A DNA stretch of 64,000 nucleotides. Source: Octopus sinensis (taxonomy: Eukaryota). The stretch spans positions 106,950,001 through 107,014,000 of the forward strand of contig NC_043001.1 of the NCBI RefSeq assembly GCF_006345805.1, read 5' to 3'. The position numbers and the translations under genes were made by a program. The notes below the pieces were generated by a model. That model ran no database searches. It was not told the DNA's origin and saw only the letters and a program-made list of their open reading frames with translations. This document shows, piece after piece, positions 63,652 to 64,000 of the stretch (positions are counted from its first letter, which is position 1; every line of letters starts with the position of its first letter).

Positions 63652-64000
63652 GTGAGTAAACAATTTTTAGCTGAATTTATTCTCGTGGTTACTCTTTTTT
63701 TTATCCATTCTTTCCCCAATCTGTTTCTATTTATTTTTTCCTTAATCAACTTCTTCCACTTTATCGTTATCTACTCATGCCATTTTTTTGTCCCCTTTAA
63801 CATTTCTTCCTTATCAACCGTTCATTGTCTCTTAGTTTGCTGTCCTTTTTCATCTCTTTCAGTTATTGTCTTTTCTTTTTGTTCTTATACACACCTCCAT
63901 TTCCCTATCTTAACCACTGTTCTTTATTTCCCTATGTAACCTGTATGTCTCACACTTGAGATAAAATGAAATGCTACTGAGAGGAGAGATACACTGCTTG

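Noticed and set aside
63628-63939. 103-aa hydrophobic ORF after the last exon
   Set aside because: Out-of-frame read-through into a T-rich intron.

Overview
AT-rich, repeat-dense animal DNA. The SINE, RTE and microsatellite content looks like an octopus or other coleoid cephalopod; this is inferred from the repeat families, not shown directly. One protein-coding gene is clearly supported: the 5' end of a USP36/USP42-family deubiquitinase on the + strand, with coding exons at 61845-62124 and 63421-63651 (catalytic Cys box [12 protein letters not shown]). Its probable promoter (tandem ETS sites, NRF1-type site) and first exon lie about 35 kb upstream at ~23430-23657, and a candidate 54-nt UTR exon lies at 58683-58736. 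The rest is transposon debris and repeats: mariner/Tc1, hAT, piggyBac- and Tigger-type MITEs, RTE and RLE-type LINE fragments, tRNA-derived SINEs, seven non-autonomous Helitrons, a 3.8-kb (GTTT)n tract, a ~1.75-kb-unit tandem array, and several long inverted repeats. The most interesting leads are a possible ATF4-like two-uORF leader on USP36, a Helitron inserted into the 5' end of its own family member to give a spacer-less ~1-kb palindrome, several dsRNA-forming structures in the USP36 pre-mRNA, two different MITEs at the same paralogous site, an intron-containing hAT transposase, and a foldback element with a telomere-like core. All alignments were done by eye. Repeat boundaries are approximate unless termini are quoted, and exon connectivity is inferred without RNA data.
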